Below, piece after piece: positions 54,247 to 64,000 of a stretch of DNA of 64,000 nucleotides; positions within the stretch are counted from its first letter, which is position 1, and each line of letters starts with the position of its first letter. The translations under genes were made by a program, and so were the position numbers. The DNA comes from an uncultured Actinomycetota bacterium (GTDB lineage Bacteria; Actinomycetota; Actinomycetes; JAHEKZ01). The notes beneath the pieces are model-generated. The model made no database searches, had not been told where the DNA came from, and worked only from the letters and a program-made list of their open reading frames with translations. The DNA is taken from assembly GCA_963718235.1 (NCBI GenBank), contig CAVQYR010000001.1, positions 1,728,001-1,792,000 on the forward strand, in the 5' to 3' direction.

Positions 54247-55608
54247 TCACATGCTCGCGATCAGCTTCTCGACCCGGTCGTCGACGCTGCGGAACGGGTC
54301 CTTGCACAGCACCGTTCGCTGCGCCTGGTCGTTCAGCTTCAGGTGCACCCAGTCGACGGTGAAGTCTCGGCGGCGCTCCTGGGCCCGCTTGATGAAGTCC
54401 CCACGCAGCTTCGCCCTGGTCTGCTGGGGAGGTGTCGACTTGGCCTCGAAGACCTCCAGGTCGGTGGTGGTGCGGCGGACCAGCCCGCGCCGCTGGAGCA
54501 GGTAGAACAGCCCGCGGTCGCGGTTGATGTCGTGGAACGCGAGGTCGATCTGCGCGACCCGGGCACTGCCGAGCTCGAGGTCGTGCTTGGCCCGGTAGCG
54601 CTCGATCAGGGCGTACTTGATCGCCCAGTCGATCTCGGTGTCGATGAGTGACAGGTCGGCGGTACGCACGGCCTCGAGCGCACGTCCCCACAGGTCCAGC
54701 ACCTGCGCGTGGACCCCCTCGGCCAGGCCTCGTCGCTCGGCGAACGCCGAGGCCTTGTCGAAGTACTCCTGCTGGATCTCCAGGGCCGAGAGCTCACGTC
54801 CGTTGACCAGCTTCACGGTCTGGGACCCGGTCATGTCGTGGCTGATCTCGCGGATCGCGCGGATCGGGTTCTCCAGAGTCATGTCCCGCATGACGGCGCC
54901 GGCCTCGATCATCCGCAGCACGAGGTCGGTGCTCCCCACCTTGAGCAAGGTCGTGGGCTCGGCGAGGTTGGAGTCACCGACGATGACGTGCAGACGTCGG
55001 TACTTCTCGGCGTCGGCATGCGGCTCGTCGCGGGTGTTGATGATGGGTCGCGACCGAGTGGTGGCCGACGACACCCCCTCCCAGATGTGCTCGGCCCGTT
55101 GGCTGAGGCAGAACACCGGCCCGCGTGGGGTCTGCAGCACCTTTCCGGCGCCGCAGACGAGCTGTCGGGTGACCAGGAACGGGATGAGGATGTCGGCCAT
55201 CCGGCCGAACTCGCCCTGTCGCCCGACCAGGTAGTTCTCGTGACACCCGTAGGAGTTGCCTGCGGAGTCGGTGTTGTTCTTGAACAGGAACACGTCGCCC
55301 GCGATGCCCTCCTCGTGCAGCCGTCGCTCGGCGTCGACGAGCAGCCCCTCGAGGGTGCGCTCCCCCGCCTTGTCGTGCACGACGACCAGCTGGGGCGAGT
55401 CGCACTCGGGTGTTGCGTACTCGGGGTGCGAGCCCACGTCGAGGTAGAGCCGAGCCCCGTTTCGGAGGAAGACGTTGGAGCTGCGCCCCCACGAGACGAC
55501 CCGGCGGAACAGGTAGCGGGCCACCTCGTCGGGCGACAACCGGCGCTGGCCGCGGAAGGTGCACGTGACGCCGTACTCGGTCTCGATCCCGAAGATCCGG
55601 CGGTCCAT
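54247..55608 (-). CDS. pafA: Pup-protein ligase
   Basis: [60 protein letters not shown]. Confidence 0.97.
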   Translation of the reverse strand: MDRRIFGIETEYGVTCTFRGQRRLSPDEVARYLFRRVVSWGRSSNVFLRNGARLYLDVGSHPEYATPECDSPQLVVVHDKAGERTLEGLLVDAERRLHEEGIAGDVFLFKNNTDSAGNSYGCHENYLVGRQGEFGRMADILIPFLVTRQLVCGAGKVLQTPRGPVFCLSQRAEHIWEGVSSATTRSRPIINTRDEPHADAEKYRRLHVIVGDSNLAEPTTLLKVGSTDLVLRMIEAGAVMRDMTLENPIRAIREISHDMTGSQTVKLVNGRELSALEIQQEYFDKASAFAERRGLAEGVHAQVLDLWGRALEAVRTADLSLIDTEIDWAIKYALIERYRAKHDLELGSARVAQIDLAFHDINRDRGLFYLLQRRGLVRRTTTDLEVFEAKSTPPQQTRAKLRGDFIKRAQERRRDFTVDWVHLKLNDQAQRTVLCKDPFRSVDDRVEKLIASM

Positions 55609-55617
55609 CTCGATCGC

Positions 55618-56322
55618 CTATCCGCTCGTCGTCGACGACATCAGGGTCTCCAGCGAGGTGCCGGTGATCCGCTTGAACTTGCGACCCTGCGACCGGGTGC
55701 GGTCGAGCACCGCGACCTCGAGCTGGTTGGCGCCCAGGGTCCGGCCCTCCTCGGTGTCGTGACCGAGCGCGTCGACCGCCATGTGCAGCGCATCGGGCAA
55801 CGACGCGTTCGCCTCGTAGTGCTCGGCCAGGTAGGCGCTGATCGTGTCCGCCGACCCACCCATCACGACGTAGCCGTGCTCGTCGGCGACCGACCCGTCG
55901 AAGGTGAGCCGGTACATCTGGTCGGCGGAGGCATCGGCGCCGACCTCCGCCACGACGATCTCGACCTCGTAGGGCTTGTTCGTCTCGGTGAAGATCGTGC
56001 CCAGCGTCTGCGCGTAGGCGTTGGCGAGGTTGCGCACGGTCACGTCGCGACGGTCGAAGGCGTAGCCCCGAAGGTCCGCGAGCCGGATCCCCGCAACCCG
56101 CAGGTTCTCGAACTCGTTGTACTTGCCGACCGCCGCGAACCCGATCCGGTCGTAGATCTCGCTGACCTTGTGCAGCGCCCGCGAGGGGTTCTCTGCGACG
56201 AAGACGATCCCGTCGGTGTACTGCAGGACGGCGACCGAGCGACCGCGCGCGATGCCCTTTCGGGCGTAGTCGGCCTTGTCCTTGATGATCTGTTCTGGCG
56301 AGACGTAGAACGGCATCGACAC
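55618..56322 (-). CDS. prcA: 20S proteasome alpha subunit
   Basis: [42 protein letters not shown]. Confidence 0.96.
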   Translation of the reverse strand: MSMPFYVSPEQIIKDKADYARKGIARGRSVAVLQYTDGIVFVAENPSRALHKVSEIYDRIGFAAVGKYNEFENLRVAGIRLADLRGYAFDRRDVTVRNLANAYAQTLGTIFTETNKPYEVEIVVAEVGADASADQMYRLTFDGSVADEHGYVVMGGSADTISAYLAEHYEANASLPDALHMAVDALGHDTEEGRTLGANQLEVAVLDRTRSQGRKFKRITGTSLETLMSSTTSG

Positions 56323-56355
56323 GGTGGGGTCCTCAGGGCAGCGGTCGGGGCAGCA

Positions 56356-57198
56356 TCAGTGGAGGGGCGCGAGGGGTCCGTCGGGTCGGGACCTTCGGTC
56401 GTCGACGATCCGCTCGACGATGCCCGACATCTCGACGTCGCCGAGCGTGCGGTAGCCGTCGGCGGTGATCACCGTGACGATCGGGTAGATCCCGCGCATG
56501 AGGTCCGGTCCACCGGTCGCGGAGTCGTCGTCGGCCGCGTCGTACAGGGCCTGGACGCAGGCCGTGGCGGCCTCGTCGGCGGCGAAGTCGTCGCGGTACA
56601 TCTTGCGCAGCGCCCCACGAGCGAACAGGCTGCCCGACCCCACGGCGTGGTAGTCGTGCTCCTCGTACCGTCCGCCGGTGACGTCGTAGCTGAAGATCCG
56701 ACCGGAGTCGGACTCGAGGTCGTAGCCCACGAACAACGGCACGACCGCGAGCCCCTGCATGGCCATCGCGAGGTTCCCCCGGATCATCGAGGCCAGCCGG
56801 TTGGCCTTGCCCTCGATCGAGAGCACGGCTCCCTCGATCTTCTCGTAGTGCTCGAGCTCGACCTGGAACAGCCGCACGAGCTCCAGCGCCAGGCCGGCCG
56901 TCCCCGCGATGCCGATCGCGGAGTAGTCGTCGGCCGGGTGCACCTTCTCGATGTCGCGCTGGGCGATGACGTTGCCCATCGTCGCCCTGCGGTCGCCGGC
57001 GATCACCACGCCGTGCGGGAAGGTGGCCGCGACGATCGTGGTGCCGTGCGGGGCCTCCACCGTGCCGGAGCCCCGGGAGGTCGCCTGCCCGCCGGGAACC
57101 AGGTCGGGCGCGTGCTCGGACAGGAAGTCGACGAACGACGAGGACCCGGTGGTGAGGAAGGCCTGGGGCAGGCTCGCGCTGTTCGATCCGGAGGACAC
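56356..57198 (-). CDS. prcB: 20S proteasome beta subunit
   Basis: Propeptide SSF.DFL, then PHG|TTIVA; [19 protein letters not shown]. Confidence 0.96.
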   Translation of the reverse strand: MSSGSNSASLPQAFLTTGSSSFVDFLSEHAPDLVPGGQATSRGSGTVEAPHGTTIVAATFPHGVVIAGDRRATMGNVIAQRDIEKVHPADDYSAIGIAGTAGLALELVRLFQVELEHYEKIEGAVLSIEGKANRLASMIRGNLAMAMQGLAVVPLFVGYDLESDSGRIFSYDVTGGRYEEHDYHAVGSGSLFARGALRKMYRDDFAADEAATACVQALYDAADDDSATGGPDLMRGIYPIVTVITADGYRTLGDVEMSGIVERIVDDRRSRPDGPLAPLH

Positions 57199-57420
57199 CT
57201 ACTGGCCGCCCTTCTGCACGAAGGCCCGCACGAAGTCCTCGGCGTTCTCCTCCAGCACCTCGTCGATCTCGTCGAGGATGGCGTCGACGTCCTCGCTGAT
57301 CGCCTCGTGCCGCTCGGCCACTGACTCGGTCGGGGCGTCGGAAGCCTGGGTGTCGCCCTCGTCGACGGTGTCGGGGCGTCGTTGGGCATGCTGCTGGCCG
57401 CCCGTGTCGCGGGTGCTCAT
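57199..57420 (-). CDS. pup: Prokaryotic ubiquitin-like protein Pup (Gln-terminated)
   Basis: ILDEIDEVLEENAEDFVRAFVQKGGQ; RBS GGGAGG. Confidence 0.97.
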   Translation of the reverse strand: MSTRDTGGQQHAQRRPDTVDEGDTQASDAPTESVAERHEAISEDVDAILDEIDEVLEENAEDFVRAFVQKGGQ

Positions 57421-57631
57421 CGTGCCTCCCCTGCGTGGTCCCTCGTGGACCGACCCTACTTCGATCGACCGCCCGAGGGCGTTCCTGCACCCCGTGGCGC
57501 CCTCGGATCCTTATCCCACGCTTAGCCCGCTCCATGCCCTCTCCTGAGGTCGGTGTGGCGATGCTTGTACCAGCCCTCCAACGGGCCGAGCGTCAGGTGA
57601 CCGCACCTGACCACGAGAGACGGGACCTCCA

Positions 57632-57943
57632 GTGACGAACGGGTCGGCCTTCAGCTCCGGGAACGCGGCGCTGCCCACGCATCGTCGGGACCGGGCCCAG
57701 CGCTGGGTGTTCGGGGTCACGGCTGCGCTGGCGGTCGGTGCCGTCTCGGCAACCTCGGCCACCGCCGCCGTGCTCGCCAGTCAGGCGACGACGCCCAGCC
57801 AGGGTGCGGGGACGTCCCAGGCCCAGGCAGCCGGCGGAACGCTCGGAGCGGCCAAGGCCCTGCGCCCGGCCAAGCAGACCCTGACCAGCCCGTCGCGCAG
57901 CAACCCCCAGCCGGCGCCGGCAGCCACGTCGACCGGGTCCTGA
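57632..57943 (+). CDS. Small membrane-anchored low-complexity protein, candidate ApbE substrate
   Basis: Basic N-region, hydrophobic helix, Ala/Thr/Ser/Gln/Pro-rich linker ending ATSTGS-stop; 1 nt before the apbE ATG. Confidence 0.65.
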   Translation: MTNGSAFSSGNAALPTHRRDRAQRWVFGVTAALAVGAVSATSATAAVLASQATTPSQGAGTSQAQAAGGTLGAAKALRPAKQTLTSPSRSNPQPAPAATSTGS

Positions 57944-57944
57944 C

Positions 57945-58917
57945 ATGCCGTCGCACCACTCGCTCCGCTGGACCCAGTGGAGCACGACCATGGAGGTCGT
58001 CGTCAGGGGTGACGACGTCGCCGCCGCCGCCGCCGCGGTGCGGCAGGAGCTGTCTGCCGTCGACGCCGCCTGCAACCGGTTCCGACCGGACTCCGAGCTG
58101 TCGGTCGTCAATGCTGCCGCCGACGGTCGGCCCACAGCCGTGGGCCCGGTGTTCGCGCACTACCTGACGGCCGCCCTCAGGATGGCCGAGGCGACCGGCG
58201 GGCTGGTCGACCCCACTCTCGGTCGGGCGCTGCGACACCTCGGCTACGACGACGACATCGCCGTCCTGAGAGCCGCGAAGGACTCGCACCCCAGTCGGGA
58301 CCCACTGCCGGTCCAGGGGGTCCTCGCCTCGGGCCGCGCCGACTGGCGCGACGTCGTCCTCGACGAGCGCACGGACTCCCCCGGTGCCTGGCTGCGCCTG
58401 CCCGCCGGAGTCGAGCTGGACCTCGGGGCCACAGCCAAGGCCCTGGCGGCCGACCGGGCCGTGGCGGCGGCGCACCGGGCCACCGGGCGCCCGGTCCTGG
58501 TGTCCCTGGGTGGCGACCTGGCCATGGCCGGCTCAGGGGACGAGCCGTGGCTGGTCGGGGTCGCCGAGACGGTCCAGACCGCCCAGGACCCGGCCGAGCA
58601 GGTGCTCACCGGCGACGGCGGGCTGGCCACCAGCACGACCCTGGCCCGACGCTGGACGACGGCGCAGCGGCGGGTTCCACCACCTGCTGGACCCGATCAC
58701 CGGTCTGCCGGTCCAGGAGTACTGGCGCACGGTCACGGTGTCGGCCGAGTCCTGCCTGCAGGCCAACGCCGCATCGACGGCGGCCGTGGTCCTCGGTCGC
58801 GGAGCCGCCGGCTGGCTGGCCGGCCAGGAGCTGCCCGCGCGTCTCGTGCGACACGACGGCCACGTGGTGACGACCCCGGGCTGGCCCGACACCGAACGGA
58901 CGGGGGCCGTGGCATGA
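57945..58917 (+). CDS. apbE: FAD:protein FMN transferase; apparent frameshift at ~58665
   Basis: RF.PDSELS..N, T.G.VDPT, LDLGATAK, LVSLGGD, LATS, then HHLLDP.TG and ANAASTA in the next frame; ATGA overlap with the next gene. Confidence 0.88.
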
Positions 58918-59618
58918 GCTGGCTCACCGACGGCGCGGCGCTGTGGTACCTGAACCGGGCCACCGGGCTGGTCGACCTCGTCCTGTTCACCTTGGTCGTG
59001 GTGATGGGTGTCGTGGCCACCTCACGCACCTCCCCGCGCTGGTGGCCACGGTTCGCGACCGTGTCACTGCACCGGTCGATGAGCCTGCTCGCGGTGGTCC
59101 TGCTCGTCGTGCACGTCGTGGCGGCGGTGGCCGACAGCTACGTCGACCTGACCTGGGTCGACGTGCTCGTGCCCTTCGCCTCCAGCTACCGCACCTTCTG
59201 GCTCGGGCTCGGCACCGTGGCCTTCGACCTGTTCGCCGCAGTGGTGGTGACCAGTCTGCTGCGGCACCGGATCGGCCCGCGCACCTGGCGCTGGGTGCAC
59301 CTCCTGTCCTATGCCGCCTGGCCGGTTGCCGTCGTCCACGGCCTGGGCACCGGCAGCGACGCCAGCACCCTGCCGGTCATCGCCCTGACCTTCGTCTGCG
59401 TCACCGCAGTCGCCATGGCGGCGGCCTGGCGCAGCTCCACCCTGGACGTCGCCTGGCCCGGTCGCCTCGCCCTCGTCGCCCTCGCCCTGGCCCTCCCGGC
59501 CTGGCTCGGGACCTGGGTCCGCATGGGCCCGCTCCAGCCGGACTGGTCCCAGCGGGCCGACCTCGCCCCGTCCCCGTCCCAGGTCACCGACGCCCTCACC
59601 TCTGAGGAGGCCTCATGA
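58914..59618 (+). CDS. Ferric-reductase-like (MsrQ-like) transmembrane cytochrome b
   Basis: WY..RATG, LHR, VHV, TSLLR.RIG.R.WRWVHLLSY, VHGL..GSD (four candidate heme His). Confidence 0.88.
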   Translation: MSWLTDGAALWYLNRATGLVDLVLFTLVVVMGVVATSRTSPRWWPRFATVSLHRSMSLLAVVLLVVHVVAAVADSYVDLTWVDVLVPFASSYRTFWLGLGTVAFDLFAAVVVTSLLRHRIGPRTWRWVHLLSYAAWPVAVVHGLGTGSDASTLPVIALTFVCVTAVAMAAAWRSSTLDVAWPGRLALVALALALPAWLGTWVRMGPLQPDWSQRADLAPSPSQVTDALTSEEAS

Positions 59619-60949
59619 CGCCCGGGTCCACGTCCTCCCGTGAGACCGTCGCCGCCCGCGGGTCGACCGTTCACACGCCGCGGCTGCTGGCCGGTGTGCT
59701 GCGCGACCGACCGTTGAGCCTGGTCGAGCACCTCGCGGTGCACGGCCCGCTCCCGGTGGTGGACCGCGGCTGGACCGGCGCGGGGTCACGGAGCCGCACG
59801 CGGGTGCTGCTGCACGAGATCCAGACCGCAGGTATCGGTGGCAGAGGGGGCGCGGGCTTCCCCTTCGCGCGCAAGCTCGCCGCCGTGGCCGCCCAGAGGA
59901 GACGCCCGGTCGTCGTGGTCAACGCCGCCGAGAGCGAGCCGGCAGCGCACAAGGACGCGACGCTGGCCACCCTCACCCCCCACCTCGTGCTGGACGGCGC
60001 GGCCGTGTCGGCCCGACTGCTGGGCGCCCGGGAGGTGGTCGTCTGGACGCACCGGGGCGAGGCCGCGGTCTCCCGCGCTCTCCGGGCCGCCGTCGGCCAA
60101 CGCGACGACCGCGGGCTGCGGTGGCGGGTGGTCGACGGTCCAGACCGGTACGTGGCCGGGGAGTCATCGGCCATCGTGCGGCACCTTTCGGGCGGGCCGG
60201 CCAAACCCACGACGACCCCACCTCGGGTCGCCGAGCGAGGGGTCGGCGGCGCTCCGACCCTGTTGTCCAACGCCGAGACCTTCGCCCACGTCGCGCTCGT
60301 GGTCCGGCACGGGGCCCCCTGGTTCCGCTCCCTGGGCACGGTCGACGAGCCCGGAACCCTGCTGCTCACCCTCACGGGAGCGGCGCAGCACCCCGGCGTG
60401 GTCGAGGTCCCGTTCGGGGCCCGGCTGGGCGCCGTGGTCGACACCTTCGGGGGCCTGGCCGAGCCCGTCGAGGCGGTCCTCGTCGGTGGGTACGGCGGAC
60501 GATGGCTCACCTGGGCCGACGCGGCCGCGCTGCCGGTGACCCGGCAGGCGTTCCGCAGCGTCGGTGCCGACCTCGGCGTCGGCGTGATCGGTCTGCTGCC
60601 GCGCCGCCGGTGCGGGCTGGCCGAGACCGCACGGTTGACCCGGTGGATGGCCGATCAGTCCGCCGGCCAGTGCGGACCGTGCGTGAACGGGCTGCCCGCC
60701 ATGGCCGGAGCGTTCGAGAGCCTCGTGCGCTCGGGCAACGCCCAGACCCCGACCCTGCTGCGCCGGTGGGCCCGCCAGGTGGCCGGTCGCGGGGCGTGCC
60801 ACCATCCCGACGGAGTGGCCCATCTCGTCGACAGCGCCCTCGACGTGTTCACCGAGGCGATCGACCGGCACCTGCTCGATGGGAGCTGTCCTGGCTGCGC
60901 TGAACCGCCCGTGCTCCCGCTCCCGACCTCGCAGGGTGGGTGGCGCTGA
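59615..60949 (+). CDS. NuoF-like FMN/Fe-S NADH-binding protein
   Basis: GRGGAGFP, VN..ESEP..KD, YVAGESSA, N.ET, SLBB region, QSAGQCGPC..G, GRGAC.HPDG. Confidence 0.9.
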   Translation: MTPGSTSSRETVAARGSTVHTPRLLAGVLRDRPLSLVEHLAVHGPLPVVDRGWTGAGSRSRTRVLLHEIQTAGIGGRGGAGFPFARKLAAVAAQRRRPVVVVNAAESEPAAHKDATLATLTPHLVLDGAAVSARLLGAREVVVWTHRGEAAVSRALRAAVGQRDDRGLRWRVVDGPDRYVAGESSAIVRHLSGGPAKPTTTPPRVAERGVGGAPTLLSNAETFAHVALVVRHGAPWFRSLGTVDEPGTLLLTLTGAAQHPGVVEVPFGARLGAVVDTFGGLAEPVEAVLVGGYGGRWLTWADAAALPVTRQAFRSVGADLGVGVIGLLPRRRCGLAETARLTRWMADQSAGQCGPCVNGLPAMAGAFESLVRSGNAQTPTLLRRWARQVAGRGACHHPDGVAHLVDSALDVFTEAIDRHLLDGSCPGCAEPPVLPLPTSQGGWR

Positions 60950-61185
60950 TGGCCACGGTCGCCCGGACCACGCTGCCTGCCCAGCAGGTCGGCCGTCTGC
61001 ACGTCGACTGGCTGCGCTGCGACGGGCACGGCATCTGCGCAGAGGTGGCCCCCGAGCTCGTTCGGCTCGACGACTGGGGCTACCCGATCGTGGCCGACGA
61101 GGGGGTGCCGCGGTCACTCGAGGGGCTGGCTCGTGAAGCAGTGAACCTGTGCCCGGCGCTGGCCCTGCGGCTCGGGACGCGCTAG
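60949..61185 (+). CDS. Ferredoxin (CxxHxxC...CP type)
   Basis: [23 protein letters not shown]...AV..CP..AL; TGATG coupling. Confidence 0.88.
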   Translation: MATVARTTLPAQQVGRLHVDWLRCDGHGICAEVAPELVRLDDWGYPIVADEGVPRSLEGLAREAVNLCPALALRLGTR

Positions 61186-62699
61186 CTGCGTGCGGTCAGG
61201 GTGTCGACCAGCTCGGCGGCGCTGGCGCACGCGTCGAGCAGTGCGCCGACGTGCGCCTGGGTGCCACGCAGGGGCTCCAGCGTCGGTACCCGCTGCAGCG
61301 AGGGGCGTCCGGGGATGTCGAAGATGACCGAGTCCCACGAGGCGGCGGTCACGGCGTCTCCGTACCGACGAAGGCACTCACCACGGAACCAGGCCCGGGT
61401 GTCGACCGGAGGGCGCACCATCGCATCGTCGACCTCGGCGTCGGACAGCAGCCGCTGCATCCGCCCCCGGTCGACGAGCCGCTGGTACAGGCCCTTGTCG
61501 GGGCGGACGTCTGAGTACTGCAGGTCGACCAGGTGCAGGCGGGCATCGGACCAGGACAGGCCGTCCCGGTCGCGATAGCCCTGCAGGATCTCCAGCTTGG
61601 CCACCCAGTCGAGCTCGCCGGACAGCTGCATGGGGTCGGCCTCGAGCCGAGTCAGGACCGACTCCCACCGGTCGAGCACGTCGACGGTCATCGGGTCGAC
61701 GTCCGCCCCGGCGGTCTCGGCCACATACTTGCGGGCCTGCGCGTGCAGCTCGTGCTGCAGCTGCACGGCGGTCATTCTGCGTCCGTCGGCCAACGACATC
61801 TGGTGGCTCAGCGTGGGGTCGTGCGACACCAGGTGCAGCTCGGTGACCGGGCGCTGCAGGGCCAGGTCGAGGCCGTCGAGGAAGCCGTCCTCGATCATGG
61901 CGAGGACCAGGGACGTGGTCCCCACCTTGAGGTAGGTGGCGATCTCGGACAGGTTGGCGTCGCCGATGATCACGTGCAGCCGTCGGTAGCGCTCGGGGTC
62001 GGCGTGCGGCTCGTCCCGGGTGTTGATGATCGGCCGCTTCAGCGTGGTTTCGAGGCCCACCTCCACCTCGAAGAAGTCGGCCCGCTGGCTGACCTGGAAG
62101 CCGGCGTCACGCCCTGACTGACCGAGGCCGACCCGGCCCTGACCGCAGAAGACCTGACGGGTGACGAAGAACGGGGTCAGGTGGCGCACGATGTCGGCGA
62201 AGGGCGTGGACCGCCGCATCAGGTAGTTCTCGTGGGTGCCGTAGGACGCGCCCTTGTTGTCGGTGTTGTTCTTGTACAGGTTGATCCGGGGTCCACCGGG
62301 CATCTGCGCGGCACTGCGGGCCGCGGCAGCCATCACCCGCTCCCCCGCCTTGTCCCACAGCACCACGTCGCGCGGGTTGGTGACCTCAGGGCTGGAGTAC
62401 TCGGGGTGGGCGTGGTCGACGTACAGCCGCGCCCCGTTGGTGAGGATCACGTTGGCGAGGCCGACCTCCTCGTCGGTCAGCAGGCTGGCGTCGGCGACGT
62501 CGCGGCTGAGGTCGAAGCCGCGGGCGTCGCGCAGCGGGCGCTCCTCCTCGAAGTCCCAGCGGGCCCGTCGCAGTCCCTGGACGCCGACGGCGTACCCGTT
62601 GACGACCTGGGTGGAGCTCGTCATCGGATTGGCCGAGGGGTCCCCGGGGACCGAGACCCCGTACTCGGTCTCGATGCCCATCACGCGGCGAACGCTCAT
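61182..62699 (-). CDS. dop: Pup deamidase/depupylase
   Basis: [50 protein letters not shown]; TAGGCT 6 nt before the ATG. Confidence 0.96.
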   Translation of the reverse strand: MSVRRVMGIETEYGVSVPGDPSANPMTSSTQVVNGYAVGVQGLRRARWDFEEERPLRDARGFDLSRDVADASLLTDEEVGLANVILTNGARLYVDHAHPEYSSPEVTNPRDVVLWDKAGERVMAAAARSAAQMPGGPRINLYKNNTDNKGASYGTHENYLMRRSTPFADIVRHLTPFFVTRQVFCGQGRVGLGQSGRDAGFQVSQRADFFEVEVGLETTLKRPIINTRDEPHADPERYRRLHVIIGDANLSEIATYLKVGTTSLVLAMIEDGFLDGLDLALQRPVTELHLVSHDPTLSHQMSLADGRRMTAVQLQHELHAQARKYVAETAGADVDPMTVDVLDRWESVLTRLEADPMQLSGELDWVAKLEILQGYRDRDGLSWSDARLHLVDLQYSDVRPDKGLYQRLVDRGRMQRLLSDAEVDDAMVRPPVDTRAWFRGECLRRYGDAVTAASWDSVIFDIPGRPSLQRVPTLEPLRGTQAHVGALLDACASAAELVDTLTARS

Positions 62700-62727
62700 G
62701 AGGTGAGCCTAGGTCCCGGCCGGACCC

Positions 62728-64000
62728 TCAGAGGTACTGGCCGGTGTTGGCCACCGTGTCGATCGAGCGACCCGCCTCGGTGCCCTGCTTGCCCTGCACC
62801 AGAGTGCGGATGAAGACGATGCGCTCACCCTTCTTGCCGGAGATGCGGGCCCAGTCGTCGGGGTTCGTGGTGTTGGGGAGGTCTTCGTTCTCCTTGAACT
62901 CGTCGATGCAGGCGATCAGCAGGTGCTGCACGCGCAGCCCCTTCTGCCCGGTCTCCAGGAAGTCCTTGATCGCCTGTTTCTTCGCCCGGGCGACGATGTT
63001 CTCGATCATGGCTCCTGAGTTGAAGTCCTTGAAGTAGAGGATCTCCTTGTCGCCGTTGGCGTACGTGACCTCGAGGAACCGGTTCTCGTCGCTCTCGGTG
63101 TACATGCGCTCGATCGCGCGCTGGATCATCGCGGCGACCGTGGCGGTGCGGTCTCCACCGTGCTCGGCGAGGTCCTCGTCGTGCAGCGGAAGACCCGATG
63201 TGAGGTACTTGCTGAAGATGTCGCGCGCACCCTCCGCGTCGGGTCGCTCGATCTTGATCTTCACGTCGAGGCGTCCCGGGCGCAGGATCGCCGGGTCGAT
63301 CATGTCCTCGCGGTTCGAGGCGCCGATCACGATCACGTTCTCCAGGCCCTCGACCCCGTCGATCTCGCTGAGCAGCTGCGGGACGATCGTGTTCTCGACG
63401 TCGGACGACACGCCGCTGCCGCGGGTGCGGAACAACGAGTCCATCTCGTCGAAGAAGACGATGACGGGCACACCCTCGCTGGCCTTCTCCCGCGCGCGCT
63501 GGAACACCAGGCGGATGTGCCGCTCGGTCTCACCGACGTACTTGTTGAGCAGCTCGGGGCCTTTGATGTTCAAGAAGTAGGACTTGCCCTCCGGGCGACC
63601 GGTCACCTGGGCGACCTTCTTGGCCAGCGAGTTGGCCACCGCCTTGGCGATCAGCGTCTTGCCGCAACCGGGCGGTCCGTAGAGCAGGATCCCCTTGGGC
63701 GGCTTGAGCTCGTGCTCGCGGAAGAGGTCCTGGTGAAGGTACGGCAGCTCGACCGCGTCACGGATGAGCTCGATCTGTCCGGCCAGGCCCCCGATCGCCT
63801 CGTAGTCGATGTCCGGGACCTCCTCGAGGACGAGCTCCTCGACCTCAGCCTTGGGGATGCGCTCGTAGACGTAGCCCGAACGGGTCTCGAGCAGCAGGGA
63901 GTCGCCGGCCCGGACCGTCTTGGGGTCGAGCGTCTCGGCCAGGCGCACGATGCGCTCGTCGTCGGTGTGACCGATGACCAGCGCGCGAACGCCGTCTTCG
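62728..64000 (-). CDS. arc: Proteasomal AAA+ ATPase ARC/Mpa (5' end outside window)
   Basis: [33 protein letters not shown]-terminal GQYL docking motif. Confidence 0.97.
   Translation of the reverse strand, partial: EDGVRALVIGHTDDERIVRLAETLDPKTVRAGDSLLLETRSGYVYERIPKAEVEELVLEEVPDIDYEAIGGLAGQIELIRDAVELPYLHQDLFREHELKPPKGILLYGPPGCGKTLIAKAVANSLAKKVAQVTGRPEGKSYFLNIKGPELLNKYVGETERHIRLVFQRAREKASEGVPVIVFFDEMDSLFRTRGSGVSSDVENTIVPQLLSEIDGVEGLENVIVIGASNREDMIDPAILRPGRLDVKIKIERPDAEGARDIFSKYLTSGLPLHDEDLAEHGGDRTATVAAMIQRAIERMYTESDENRFLEVTYANGDKEILYFKDFNSGAMIENIVARAKKQAIKDFLETGQKGLRVQHLLIACIDEFKENEDLPNTTNPDDWARISGKKGERIVFIRTLVQGKQGTEAGRSIDTVANTGQYL

Noticed and set aside
54709-57324. Long antisense ORFs (e.g. 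54709-57324, 1072-3459, 16052-18076, 30139-32052)
   Set aside because: These are shadow frames of real high-GC3 genes on the opposite strand, with no recognisable motifs

Overview
High-GC actinobacterial chromosomal segment spanning the replication terminus. A near-perfect actinobacterial dif site lies at 11236-11263. To its left are an Rv1830-like MerR regulator, a tandem glycine riboswitch with gcvP, a secreted kelch-like protein and a type III PKS/ICMT/flavoprotein operon. Small accessory TetR modules and a DrrC/UvrA-like ABC protein flank dif. To the right are a Glu/Leu/Phe/Val dehydrogenase, fhs, envelope genes, the conserved rbpA-fxsA-ppm1-lnt block and an intercalated B12/radical-SAM lysine-degradation cluster (kamA, kdd, kamDE, kal; no kce here). 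Then come Lrp, an acyl-CoA dehydrogenase, a peptidase, a 5'-3' exonuclease, a LexA-boxed DUF222-HNH gene, helY-tatC-tatA-pafBC and the Pup-proteasome locus (pafA, prcAB, pup, dop, arc). Between dop and pup, on the opposite strand, sits a five-gene redox module: small anchored peptide, ApbE, ferric-reductase-like cytochrome b, NuoF-like protein and ferredoxin. This is the best candidate for an uncharacterised system. At least nine apparent frameshifts and one in-frame stop in otherwise intact genes suggest uncorrected sequencing errors. All calls come from reading the sequence; no database searches were run.
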